Assembly (NCBI RefSeq): GCF_001194135.2
Contig: NC_068986.1
Span: forward strand, 74,497,493-74,561,492
Direction of reading: 5' to 3'
DNA: 64,000 nt
Source of the DNA: Octopus bimaculoides
Lineage: Eukaryota
In this document: piece by piece, positions 12,991-25,463 of the stretch
Position numbering within the stretch: the first letter of the stretch is position 1
How the letters are laid out: each line of letters starts with the position of its first letter
Position numbers and translations under genes: made by a program
Notes under the pieces: model-generated
Database searches by the model: none
Told to the model about the DNA's origin: nothing
The model's input: the letters and a program-made list of their open reading frames with translations, nothing else

Positions 12991-13202
12991 TGATGATGAT
13001 ACACACACACACACACACACATAAAAATTCAATAATAGGATGAATTCTTTTACAAGAATTTATCAAGTAGCTAGCATGAAAAAAAACTCATAAGGGAAAA
13101 AATCCATCATTTATTCCCAAGATATATTTATTTATATAAGGGCATTACTATACATGAATGCCTCACGCTATGAGGGACTCTAAGGTCAGACTACCATAAA
13201 AA

Positions 13203-13239
<37 letters not shown>

Positions 13240-13979
13240 CAAGGGTAAGATTCAGGGATCCAAGTGTAGGAAATTTGTGAACTTCAAGCAGTCCATGGAA
13301 TCCCCCGCCCCTGAAATTGCTGGCCTTGTGCCAAAATTTGAAACTAATATTGCTAGTATCTTTAAGTTTATGGGATACATATCCATGCATAACCTTCTAC
13401 TAAAATGATGCATGTTTCTCTTTCAATTTTCTGTTTCAAGTGGGTTAGCCCAGCTACCTTTGGGTCACATGTTGCAGAAACATACTCAGAGTACCTTTTT
13501 TCAAGAGTTATATATCTACATATGTCTCTGAGCATGCACATTGTTCTTGATTTATGAAAAAAGCAATTTTTTCAGCAATGGAGAAAGAGCTGGTTTCTAA
13601 CACAGAAACAAAACTCTCTTATTGATATTTAGACAGCATCGACTTAGTAGTCATCGCATGTGTGGATCTGTTTGTGTGTGTCTATGTGAATTTATTCACA
13701 CTTCAGCTTGATTCTTCTCAATAAGTTAACACACATAACACACATCATTGCTATCTTCTCTAGTTTCAGTTTTTACATTTGGCTGCCAAATTTAATTATA
13801 AATGGTATTTCTAAAACAATCATCAGAAGAGTTTGCTCTCTTCTCACCAGTTATATTGTTGCTTGGTCTGGAACTGCTTTCAGCCAATTCTATATTTCCT
13901 GAGGCACCCTGCATATTTTAATAACGTGCATCCATGCAACACAATAACTACTTGTTATTGTCCATATACAATAATTCAG

Positions 13980-14400
13980 AAGTGGTAGTGATAAAAAGAG
14001 AGTGATGATGGCAGTGATGATGGATGCAGTAGGGATAGTGGTAGTAGTGGTGGTGGTAGTAGTAGTAGCAGTAGTGTTGTTTGTGATGTTGTGGTGATGG
14101 TAATGTTATTATAATGATGTTTCAAAATGGTTGCTTTGACATTATAGCAGTAATGGCGGTATGTGGGGACAGTTGTCATGGTTTTGTATAACAAAATATC
14201 GATGTGTAGTAGTAGTAGTAGTAGTAGTAGTAGTAATACTAGTTGTAGGAGGAGTAGTAGTAGTGGTGGTGGTGGTGCTGGTGTTGCTGGTGGTGGGTGG
14301 TGGGTGACAATCTTGTCAATGGTGTGAATGGCTGTGGGGGTGGTGATGGTCACAATTGTGGTGTTGGTGGTGGTGGTGGTAGTGACAGCAGCATCATTAG
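13980..14400. repeat. (GGT)n/(AGT)n low-complexity tract
   Basis: Direct reading. Confidence 0.85.
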
Positions 14401-14766
14401 AAATGGTTCAGAGCAGTAAAAGCATTCCAGATAACAAATTAGTAGTCAAGGTGACATTGGTGCGACATGCACATAATGATTGCAACACACATGGCTCCAT
14501 TGATGCTGGTAACAAAGGCAATCTCTGTCTGTCTGGAAGAAGATAAGTTTGTAAGATGCTTGTTTTCAAAGTGCAATGTTACATGGTAAAAGAAAACGAG
14601 TACCGAATGCCGAAGATGTTGTGATACTGGACAGAAACAAAGTGAGTATAGGTATGTTATATTAGGGAGATCCAATGAGGACACTAATTGTAGCAGTGGA
14701 GTTATCACACATGAGCAACAATGAAATACTGCTATTTCTATAGACTGAAATACATGGAAGTTGTAA

Positions 14767-15391
14767 TATTGAGTTGTCCGGAAAGTTTGTGCCGAGGAGT
14801 GGCAGTGTGGTAAGTAGCTTGCTTACCAACCACATGTTCCGGGTTCATTCCCACTGTGTGGCACCTTGGGCAAGTGTCTTCTACTATAGCCTCAGGCCAA
14901 CCAAAGCCTTGTGAGTGGATTTGGTAGACGGAAACTGAAAGAAGCCCGTCATATATATGTATATATATATGTATGTGTGTGTGCTTGTCTGTCTGTGTTT
15001 GTCCCCCTTTCAACATCGCTTGACAACCGATGCTGGTGTGTTTACATCCCCGTAACTTAGCAATTCAGCAAAAAAGACCGAGAGAATAAGTACTAGGCTT
15101 TCAAAAGAATAAGTCCTGGGGTCGATTTGCTCGACTATAGACGGTGCTCCAGCATGGCCGTAGTCAAATGACTGAAACAAGTAAAAGAGTAAAGAGAAAG
15201 AAAAAGGTCAATGAATACTTGCCATTACATTTTTAATCAACCACATATGAACCATTTTGTTGCACAATGTTTCTCCATCTTTCCTTTAACTTGAAAATAC
15301 CCTCTTCGCATAATTGAGGTGGTTTCATGGCAAATAAGTCAAAAGGTAAGCTACTGTAAATTGGCACAAACTTTCCGGACAACCCAATATA
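14767..15391 (-). mobile_element. Internally deleted mariner element (MITE-like) carrying a SINE insertion
   Basis: TIRs tattgagttgtccggaaagtttgtgccga (14767-14795) and ttggcacaaactttccggacaacccaata (15361-15389) with TA ends. The minus strand keeps the mariner C-terminus EEGIFKLKERWRNIVQQNGSYVVD-stop (about 15310 to 15233). Confidence 0.85.
14796..15195 (+). mobile_element. SINE family A, relatively young copy
   Basis: A box tggcagtgtggtaag, B box ggttcattccc, ccttgggcaagtgtctt, internal (TA/TG)n, tail gtcaaatgactgaaacaagtaaaagag. Confidence 0.9.
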
Positions 15392-15824
15392 AGCAGGATC
15401 AGTTAGGATTTCTAGTCCCTTGCATGGATATTTCCTTTGGTGAGGTGATGTATAAATGAAATTATTATCTTCATTGATCACCAAAGGGTAAATCTGATAA
15501 CGTTAGGCATTTGTTGTTTCGGTTTCTTCCTTATTTCTTACTCTCTTTCTTGTTTTGATTACACAGGGAAACAAAGTTTTGGTTGCATTAATACCTGCAC
15601 TTGTTCTTAATTTCTTTGAGCATGCTTATTTCAAATCTGGGATTAGTTTATCACTCTGTAAGCTCTAGATTTTATGCAATTCAAAATAATCTTTTTTCTC
15701 AAAATTTTGACACCTCTCACGTGGTAACATGGCCCATCTGAAAAATTGATGGCCATAGAGTCTTAAAGTTAGACTCAAATAACCACCTGATACATACATA
15801 CATACATATGTATATATGAAGGTG

Positions 15825-16075
15825 CATGACTTAGTAGTTAGAGTGTTGCACTCATGACTGCGAGATCATGGTTTCGATTCCCAGACCAGGCACTGCATTG
15901 CGTCCTTGAGCAAAACACTTGATTTTACATTGCTCTGTGATCATTTTGTCATCTGACATGTTACACATGGTGCACCTGTACAGGTGATGCCGATTTGATG
16001 GAGGGAATGAGTTTATGTAAACACAAACATTTGATCACTATAAGTAAATCATGTGTGTGGTCTAATGATGGGAGA
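15825..16075 (+). mobile_element. SINE family D variant (D2)
   Basis: gcatgacttagtagttagagtgttgcac...gtttcgattcccagacc...ccttgagcaaaacactt...gctctgtgatca. Confidence 0.7.
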
Positions 16076-16689
16076 GTCCATTGTGTGTGTGTGCTCCTCT
16101 GCCAGTTCCTCAATAGTTATGATGGGATTTTGNNNNNNNNNNATTTTGTTCCACCAGGGTTTGCAGAACATCCTTGTTGAGCTCTACAGATCTCCCAGGT
16201 TCTAGGCTGTAGTTTCCAGCTCAGAATTTTTGGAACCACCGTTGACACTGGCTTACACTTATTCTCTGATCCTCATATACTGCATTAATATTCCTTACAC
16301 TTTCCGTTGCGTTGTCTTTATTGAACTCGTAAAACAAAATATGCTGAATATGCTCCCTTGTCACTTCCATTATAACTTTGAAAAATTAACTGTTAAAATC
16401 AAACTACACACTTCAAAACTTGCACTAAGAATAAGTACAAGGTAACATTACTTCCTGATTTTATGACAAGTTGATGCAGGTAGTTTATCCCACCCCACTC
16501 CAACTTTTAGTTCACGCAATTGAAAAAGCCACATTATTTATGGGATGACCCAATAAAAACTACAGCTTGCTAGTCACTACAACTGTCTAAGAATACGGAG
16601 ACATTGAGGTCAGACCCTACCAAGTCTGAAGAGTGGGACCAGGTTGCACAAAATGATTCTCATTTTAAAACTTACTAACTGTGGTAAGA

Positions 16690-17062
16690 ACTACTGTGTG
16701 GTGAGAACTGTTTCCAGCCACATGGTTCTGGGTTCAGTCCCACCACGGGGCACTGGGATAACTGTCTTGTACTACAGCCTCAAGCTGACCAAAGCCATGT
16801 GTGTGGATTTGGGAGACAAACTGAAAGAAGCCAAGCCCTTTGTGTATGTGTGTGTGTGTGTCTGTCCCACCACCATCACTTGTCAACCAGTAATGGTGTG
16901 CCTATGTCACCATAACTTAGTGGTTCAGAAAAGAAAATCAATATAATGAGTATCAGGCTTAAAGAAAATCAGAACTGGGGTCAATTCATTTGACTAAAAT
17001 TCTTCAAGACATTGCTCCCAGCATGGCCACAATCTGACGACTGAAACTAGTAAAAGAAATAA
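16690..17062 (+). mobile_element. SINE family A
   Basis: ccacatggttctgggttcagtcccacc...aactgaaagaagcc, (TG)n, tail ctgaaactagtaaaag. Confidence 0.8.
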
Positions 17063-17740
17063 GATACATATATGTGTGTATGTGTGTGTGTATTAATTTA
17101 AATGCATTTCATGAGTTGTCGAAATTTTCATTGTATTACTGCAATCTGATCTGAAATATATAGTTCTACTACAACTTGATTGTCAGTTATTAACCAGTTT
17201 TTAAAGGTCAAGTGTTTTTACTTGCCCTTTCATTTTCAGTTTTTATTTTTTTACTTTCTTCCTTCTTGAGTTTATAGACATACGTGAATGTTGTATTGCA
17301 GATTGACTTTGACGCCATGATAATATCAGTTATTAGTTGAATACTGTTGGTCATTTTCAGTTCACATTATTCCACATCTTTCATAACAGTTTTTTTTATT
17401 GTATCCAGTTGATTCTTACTAATTCTCTCTGTCTCTCCATATATATATTTGGACATCTAAAATGACAGCAATAACTTTATAACAGACATATGTGATATTT
17501 ATCACAAACTGGGCGTGGACAGTTTCATCATTCAACAATTGTGTACCCTTATCTATTTACTTTTAAATATTTTATAGCTTATTTTTTCACATTCCCATTC
17601 ACAATATGATTGATTGTTTTCTCTCTCTCTCTTCCTTTCTATACTATCCTCTCCTGTTCTACCCCAACCACTAAAAGTTTATATATGCAATATTTTACCA
17701 TTTGATAAAATTTGTAATCTTAAATTTCATTTTACAGTGT

Positions 17741-18195
17741 CATCATCATCATTATCATCGTCGTTTAACGTCTGCTTTCCATCCTGGAATGGGTTGGATG
17801 GTTTGACCGAGGGCTGGCAAGCCAGAAGGCTCCAATCTGATCTGGCAGAGTTTCTACAGCTGGATGCCCTTCCTAATGCCAACAACTCCGAGAGTGTAGT
17901 GGGTGCTTTTTACATGCCAAGAGCACTAGGGCCAGTCAGGCAGTGCTGGTATCGACCACGTTTGAATAGTGCTTTTTATGTGCCACCAGCATGGGAGCCA
18001 GTCATGCGGCATGGACAATGACCATGCTCGAATGGTGCATTTTATATGCCACTGACACGGGACCAGTCAGCTGGCACTGGCATCAACCAAACTTAAATGG
18101 CGCTTTTTACATGCCACTGGCACAAGGCTAGTCAGGCAGCACAAGCAACGATCATGCTTGAATGTTGCTTTTTACATGCCACTGGTACAGGACCA
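17741..18195 (-). mobile_element. RTE LINE 3' UTR with internal ~65-bp tandem repeats
   Basis: (cat)n-ttaacgtctgctttccatcctggaatgggttggatgg...ctggatgcccttcctaatgcc. About 4.5 repeats of gtgctttttacatgccac.. at 17903-18195. Confidence 0.75.
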
Positions 18196-18204
18196 GATAA
18201 TAGC

Positions 18205-18628
18205 AGCAGGCATGGCTGTATGGTAAGAGGCTTGTTTCCCAACCACATGGTTCTGGGTTTAGTCCCACTGCATGACACCTTAGGAAAATGTGTTCTACTG
18301 GGGCCAACCAAAGCATTGTGAGTGGATTTGGTAGACAGAAACTGAAAGAAGCCCATCATATATATATATGTGTGTGTGTGTGCATACATGTATGTATGTA
18401 TATTTAAATGTGTGTGTCTTTGTATCTGTGTTTATCCCACCCACCATTGCTTGACAACTGATGTTGGTGTGTTTATGTCCCTGTAACTTAGGAGTCTGGT
18501 GAATGAGACTGATAGAATAAGTACTAGGCTTACAAAGAATGAGTCCTGGGGTTGATTTAATCGACTAAAACCCTTTAAAGAAGTGCTACAGAACGGCTAC
18601 AGTCAAATGATTGAAACATTTAAGAGAA
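18205..18628 (+). mobile_element. SINE family A
   Basis: catggctgtatggtaagaggcttgtttcccaaccacatgg...gaaactgaaagaagccc...gtcaaatgattgaaaca. Confidence 0.85.
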
Positions 18629-18642
18629 TATATATATATATA

Positions 18643-19860
18643 TATAGGGTTTGGACAAAATAATGGAAACACCTTAAAATTTCAAACAAATTTATTAAAA
18701 TATGGGGTAGGACCGCCTTTGGCAGTAATTACAGCTTGAATTCTATGAGGTATGGACTTGTACAAAGTTTGAATTATTTCCAAAAGAATTTTTGTCCATT
18801 CTTCAGTTAAAATAGTCTCTAGTTCTTGTAGTGATGATGGTGGAGGATATCAACTCCTTACTTGTTTTTCTAAAATGCATCATAAATGTTCAATAATATT
18901 GAGATCTGGAGACTGTGGTGGCCAGATGAGATGTTCCTCATGCCATTCAGTAACAACTTTAGCTGTGTGAATTNNNNNNNNNNNNNNNNNNNNNNNNNNN
19001 NNNNNNNNNNNNNNNNNNNNNNNNNNNNNNNNNNNNNNNNNNNNNNNNNNNNNNNNNNNNNNNNNNNNNNNNNNNNNNNNNNNNNNNNNNNNNNNNNNNN
19101 NNNNNNNNNNNNNNNNNNNNNNNNNNNNNNNNNNNNNNNNNNNNNNNNNNNNNNNNNNNNNNNNNNNNNNNNNNNNNNNNNNNNNNNNNNNNNNNNNNNN
19201 NNNNNNNNNNNGTAGTTGGAAATAAGGTAAAAGATGACTTGTCAGAGAAAATAACATTCGTCCACTGTTCTAGGAACCAATTCTGTAGGTTTTTACTCCA
19301 CTGTAAATGCTTTGTAACATTTGTTTTTCAAAGTAGTGGTTTTCTGATTGCAGCCCTCCTGGCAAACAGTTTTTGTGGAAACTGGGTTCTCAGGGTAGTC
19401 ATTAAACTCTGCAGTAATTTTGGGAGCTGTACTTTTGTGATCTTTTCTAACAATTCATGTAAGAGTCTGACGGTCCCTATCTGAAAATTTTGTTTTTCTT
19501 CCTGAGTTTTCTTTTGATGAGGAGGTTTTTCCCTCTTTCTCTAAGGCTGTCATTACTTTCGAGACAGTACTTCTTGATACACCAAACATTTCGGTTGTTT
19601 TCATCATGCTAGCACCTGCCATATGAGCACCAACAATTTGACCTCTTTGAACGTCTGATAGATCTGTCATTTTAATGAATTTTAATTACCTTTTTCTGAT
19701 GATATCTGAAAAGAAACAGCAATTTTAGCAAAACATTAAGCAACACTAATGATAAATAAAAAACATGAAAATAAACATACATTTGATAGTTTAATAGATA
19801 TTTCAAAATTATGATGCTATGATACTAGGTGTTTCCATTATTTTATCCAACCCTTCTATA
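18643..19860 (-). mobile_element. Tc1-like DNA transposon with disrupted transposase
   Basis: TIRs agggtttggacaaaataatggaaacacc (about 18646-18673) and ggtgtttccattattttatccaaccct (19828-19854) in TA context. The minus strand has a paired-like HTH MTDLSDVQRGQIVG...SGRKTK and WPPQSPDLNIIEHL...AKGGPTPY. Confidence 0.92.
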
Positions 19861-20004
19861 TCAATGTATATGTCACCGCTCGCAGAGCCAATAAAAGTTA
19901 ACCAATACTGCGTTCTTAAAGGGTGGAATTTCATTCATCTTTTGTCACATAAAATTGTGTTCTGAGGGAAAATTCACTTCTAACCTGCCATGTTTTATTT
20001 ACAG

Positions 20005-20157
20005 CAACCAATCAGCAACTTTGATTTCAAATCCGTCGTAACATTTGGTGGATGGAAAGATGATTTCATGCTTGTTGTTAACCAATTGATTGAGTCAGCT
20101 CCCCATCACTATGAACATAGGACAGAGAAAATGTTGTTTGTACTGCCAAAACCCAAG
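20005..20157 (+). CDS. PLEKHH2: Penultimate coding exon of a PLEKHH1/2 (MAX-1-like) MyTH4-FERM protein, FERM C-lobe
   Basis: Acceptor ttttatttacag, donor AAG/gtatgg, 153 nt, phase 0/0. Translates to QPISNFDFKSVVTFGGWKDDFMLVVNQLIESAPHHYEHRTEKMLFVLPKPK, which matches the recalled PLEKHH1/2 motifs TFGGxxDDFMxV and TEKLLFxMAKPK. H1 versus H2 orthology cannot be resolved. Confidence 0.88.
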
Positions 20158-20304
20158 GTATGGTCTTTTATTTTTCTTGTTGATTATTTTTAACATATAT
20201 ACAAAAGCCTTTTTCAAAGACGTGTACATTCGCTTCATATAGATTTTCACATAAAGATACATTCATTCATATATGCATGCAAACTTACATTTGGTATATA
20301 TATG

Positions 20305-20505
20305 AGGTAGTGAATTCAATTCCCAGACTGGGCAGCATGTTGTGTTATTGAGAAAGACATTATGTCATGTTGCTCCATTTTACGCAGTTGTAGAAATGAA
20401 TTGCAATGTCACTGATGCCAAGCTGTATCGGCCTTAACCTTGGATAACATTGGTGGTGTGAAGGGGGTGGGAATGGAGAGGCTGGTATTCTATAAACAAC
20501 CTTAT
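20305..20505 (+). mobile_element. SINE family D, decayed
   Basis: aattcaattcccagactggg...gtgttattgagaaagacatt...ccttggataacattggtggtgtg. Confidence 0.7.
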
Positions 20506-21049
20506 GTCAGTAAATACTTCATTATTTTCAAAATTAATTGAATCTAAGAACATATATTTCAATATGGTTAAAGACATGGAAGTAATGATCAAACTCTTAG
20601 GAGTTACTGACTTAAATATTGCATACTTGTTTACAAAGTAAATGTATGGGATAGATTGAGTACCAAGGATTTGAAAAACCGTCAGAGTATTTAATATATT
20701 TTAGAGAAACCAGTTTTTTTTGTTTTTGTTTTTTTGAAACAGAAACGTAATTTGACTGACAGATGAATGGATGGGAAAATAATTTCATTATAGAGTGAAA
20801 GATAAATTAGGCTTGGAAAAAGAAAGATTTGTGATGAAGTGGTTTTGATGAATATTACAAATTAGGTCTGCATGCAATAACAGATAGCAACACATTGAAG
20901 AGTTGTGGAGACACAGATCAACTTAAGAAACTTGGATGAAAAAACAGGCCTAAATGAATATATAAATAAATAAATAGATAGATAAATTGTCAAAATACAG
21001 TGACTTTTATTTATTTATGATGAAAATGATAGTACTAATGATAATATTT

Positions 21050-21240
21050 TCTACTTTGGATATAAGGCCAGCAATTTCAAAGAGAGGTGGTGTTGATTAA
21101 ATTGATACTAGTACATGAAATACTTTTTTATCAATTCCAAGGGGATGAAAGACAAAGTTGACCTCAAGGGGATTCTGAAGATGTGTTAACTAGGTAATGT
21201 AAGGTCTTTTGTCTAACATTCTGACAAGTCTACTAATCCA
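21050..21240 (-). mobile_element. SINE family B, heavily CpG-decayed
   Basis: taaggccagcaatttc...ggatgaaagacaaagttgacctc; no CpG left. Confidence 0.65.
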
Positions 21241-21353
21241 TCAACCTGATGCTTGATGATGATGATGTTGATGAGGGTGGTATCGATATTTTGATGTGAT
21301 ACTATAAAATGATGTAAACCTCATGTCTAAAACTGATTTCCTTTTACTTCCAG

Positions 21354-21437
21354 ATCCTTGAATTAAGTCTATTAATCGCTAGTTACATCAACAGTCGTCT
21401 ACAACACCCATCTCCAGACAGTGCCGACGATATATAA
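21354..21437 (+). CDS. PLEKHH2: Terminal coding exon of the PLEKHH1/2-like gene
   Basis: Acceptor gatttccttttacttccag, then ILELSLLIASYINSRLQHPSPDSADDI-stop (TAA 21435-21437). It continues the previous exon in frame and matches recalled PLEKHH2 PK-ILEITLLIASYIN. Too short to appear in the ORF track. Confidence 0.88.
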   Translation: MLELSLLIASYINSRLQHPSPDSADDI

Positions 21438-21467
21438 CCAACCATCTAGCTCTTTCTCTTCCTGTGT

Positions 21468-21473
21468 AATAAA
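21468..21473 (+). promoter_or_regulatory. Candidate proximal polyadenylation signal (AATAAA)
   Basis: First AATAAA after the stop codon. The motif is common in AT-rich DNA, and the CpG pattern suggests transcription extends several kb further. Confidence 0.2.
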
Positions 21474-22700
21474 ATTCATCACTTGCCCTTCGATTCCTGA
21501 AGCTTCCGATATTTTATCCAATACACGAAACAATGATTAAAAAGAAAAAAAAATTGAAAAAAAAACACCATGAAAGAAGTTCCTGTAACTTCCTGCAAAA
21601 CAGTTCTTCTCCAATGACAGATTCATTGGTTTGTACCATGACCTATTTAGGGTCCTTAAGAGGCCCTTGATGAGATACTTTTACAGTCCATTACATCCTG
21701 GTGGAATCCATTTCTCTCCTAGCAGATACATTCAGCATTTGGTTAATATAAAACGGGTTTCCCCAAGTGTCCACACATCAGCTTGCAATCCTGGAACAGC
21801 GATATAATAGTGGTGAGATAATGAGCACCATTTCCAGTGCCAATCAACCATTTGACATTTAATGTATATAGACAATACATACATCAAACATACATGCATA
21901 CATATATGCATATATATATATATATATATATACACATACACACATATATGTATATCCATCTCTTCAGTTTTTGTCATTTTAGTTCATACGTTCCATTGCA
22001 GACATTTTTTTCTTGATAGGATCCAAGAAAATAAAAGGAAGAAATAATACCAAACAAAAAACAGAGACTATTTTTGCTTTGAAAGATTGCCTATTGAAGG
22101 ACACTCTATTCGTATCAAGTTTTATAATTATATAATCAAGAAATACCATTCTTTCAGTTTTTCTCTCTGTCTATTTATCTATCTATCTATCTGTCTCTTT
22201 ACTTTCTCTCTTCCAGTAAGAGACAGAAGGCATCAAACGGAATGAAAACAATATATTCTTATATTGAGATTCTAAATATCAGAGAGCAATATCTTTAAAA
22301 ATAATCTGTGTTCTTCTATGTTTAGCATCCAATTGATGATTAAGGTTTGTTCTGAAGTTTACAGCAGAAACATAACAAGAGAAGAAAAATAATAATTATA
22401 AAAAAAAAAGAAAACCAAATGGAGAATACTGATTAAATAAATAGTTATATATATATATATGCATGCACACACACAGACACACACACATGCATGAACGCGC
22501 ACACACACATACATGCATGCATGCACACACATATATATGCTTAGATATTATATACATATATATATAAAATTTAGGATATATTAGGTACATATGTGATGCA
22601 TACACACACACATATGCTTAGGTGTGTATTGTGTGTGTGAATATGCACATCTAGACATGGTTCATATATATATATAGATACATATGTATATATGTGTATG

Positions 22701-22705
<5 letters not shown>

Positions 22706-22786
<81 letters not shown>
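22706..22786. repeat. (TA)n microsatellite
   Basis: Direct reading. Confidence 0.95.
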
Positions 22787-22787
<1 letters not shown>

Positions 22788-23747
22788 ATATATATTACAT
22801 GAGCTTGTTTAGAAATGAACAGAATTAGCACTCAATACATCGAATAGAGTTTGTGTTTATTTTGGATCAATATTCAATTCACTCCATTGTATCTCAGAGT
22901 TAACCACTACTGCCATAGAGCTCTGCACCTGCAGTTGGCTTTTACTTGTGTACAGCACCTTGAGTAACAATGGAATATATTAGCAACTGGTTATGTGTAT
23001 GGGTTTGCTTATTTAAGTACAGGCTAAGGTTATGTGTATATGTGTGTGTGTGTATACACATGCATGCATATATATCTATGTATATATGCATGTATGTATA
23101 TGTGTGCATATATGTATAAATGTGTTAGTACTTATGTATATGAGGGAATATATTAAATATATATAAAAATATATGTACATACATATGCATACATGTACAG
23201 ACACACACACATGGATACTTTATATATACATACATGTATGTATGTGTATAATTTTGTCTATATAGTTATAGATATACATACAGTGACATGTAATATGCAT
23301 ACATATATGTACATTATTTACATGTACTTTTAAATCATATTATTTGTATTATTTATATATACATATCACAGGTAAATCATTTATATATGTGCATCAAATA
23401 TATATTATATCTCTATATTGATATCTTGTGATATACATATATATATATTGTATGTTATATACTTAATTTGTACAAGACAAAAGAATGTAGTTTGAAATTA
23501 CATCATCTTTACATGTATGTGTGTGATGATTACCTAATGAATATTTAAAAGTAATTTCATTTAATCCTTAAATCCAATGTACAAGTCAGTTTATCAGCAG
23601 TGTTATGCTAATAAACTATGTATAATATGTGTTTATAGTTGACCAGATGTTAAAAAAATATAGGCAATAGATAATTTCTCTACTGCCAAATATATTTTCA
23701 AGCATTTTTACAACTATAAACACTCATCAATATATGTATTCATCAAA

Positions 23748-23962
23748 GATGGCGAGTTGGCAGTATCGTTAGTATTGCCAAACAAAATGCTGGTGGCATT
23801 TTGTCTGGCAATGTCCATCTTTATGTTTTGAGTTCAAATTCTGCTGAGGTCGATTTTGCCTTTCATCCTTTCGGAGTTGATAAAATAAGTACCAGTTGAT
23901 TTCTGGGGGTGTCAATGTAATCAACTTTGTACCCCTCTAAATTGTTGGCCTTATGCCAAAAT
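23748..23962 (+). mobile_element. SINE family B
   Basis: gatggcgagttggcagtatcgttag...gagttcaaattc...gcctttcatcctttcggag...taagtaccagttg...ggccttatgccaaa. Confidence 0.8.
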
Positions 23963-25463
23963 AAATAATAAATACACACGGTTATCATTATAAAACTTCT
24001 AACAAAGTGACTTGTATGATGGATTTTGAAAAATTAATTTTGTGTAATCATTAAGTTATTGTCACTGAAACACATGTAATGATGACATGCATAAATTCAC
24101 ACTGTTCTCTTGTTACATACTATTTATTCATGCTTCATGATCATTATTGCCAGCAAACCTTAATATGAGATTATCTGTGAAATAATATGGATTTTCTTTT
24201 TACCCATCTGTTATGATAAATATTGGGAAATATGATATAAATATCTGTTCATATGTATATATACATATATATCTATATATCTGTATGTATGTCGAGATAC
24301 ATGTGTGTGTGTGTGTGTGTGTTTATATACTTCTATACACATATTGATGTAGTATATATATAAATAAATACATACATACATATATGTATGTATATCAAAT
24401 AGTCCATTTGAGACAATATAGGCCTGCATTTGAAAGGAAAAAATACGATTTTCAGATGAGCATCAAATTTTTCTTTCTCAAAAAAAAGAAAAACATACAA
24501 GAAAATCAGGATAGATATGAAAATCTGTCACTTTTGCAAAAAAACTAAGGAAGGTTGCATGTATATATATATAGGTAAAAAATTAAGGAGTGCATGCGTT
24601 ACATAAATAATATTTTTAGGATTAAATAAAAGGACAAATCCTGAAAATATATATATATATATATATGTATATATTTTTAGGATTAAATAAAAGGACAAAT
24701 CCTGAATATGTGTGTGTGTGTGTATTTATTTGGAAAAGGAATAGAAATAGAAATAGCTTTCAAATATATAATACTGTACCACAGACTTTCTGTTTCTAAT
24801 TCTAGTATATGTATGTATATATATGTGTATGTGTGTATATCTACATATCTACCTACCAATCTCTCTCTCTTCCTCTTTCTCCATATATATATATGTATAT
24901 GCACACACACACACGAAGAAAATATCATAAAAGTTAAGATTGAAAGATATATCAATTTATAGAATTGTACTAAATGGTAGACCACATTCAAGAATATCAG
25001 TTAGCTTATATTTTTTCACACTAGTTATTTTCATTCCTTATATTCTGTATTTGCTGTCATTTTTTCCTTTCTTTGCATCATATTCATTCTCTGCCAGGAA
25101 CTAAGAAAAACAGCTTTCCTAACTAATATTAAGATGTAAGGAACTGAAGCCCTTATTACATTTCTAACTGACCATTCAAAACTAGAATATTTTTCGTTTA
25201 CATCTTGTTTGTTTTTTCGGCCTTTTATTTTTTTTCAGTTTTGTTTGGGAAAAGTTCGTTTATTGTCTGAAAATTACTTAGTCTTTAAGCATGAATCCTG
25301 AAGTAATAGTATATTATCTTTATTGGACTATATCATATACATACATACATATGTATCGCTCTCATTCTTCACATGTATTGAGTAACCTATTTCTGGTCAT
25401 ATAAACACCTATTACTTTACACACACACACACACACACGCGCATGCATGCACACATACATATA

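Noticed and set aside
15233-15484. 83-aa ORF as a host gene
   Set aside because: Its C-terminal part is a mariner transposase end, and the frame runs through the TIR.
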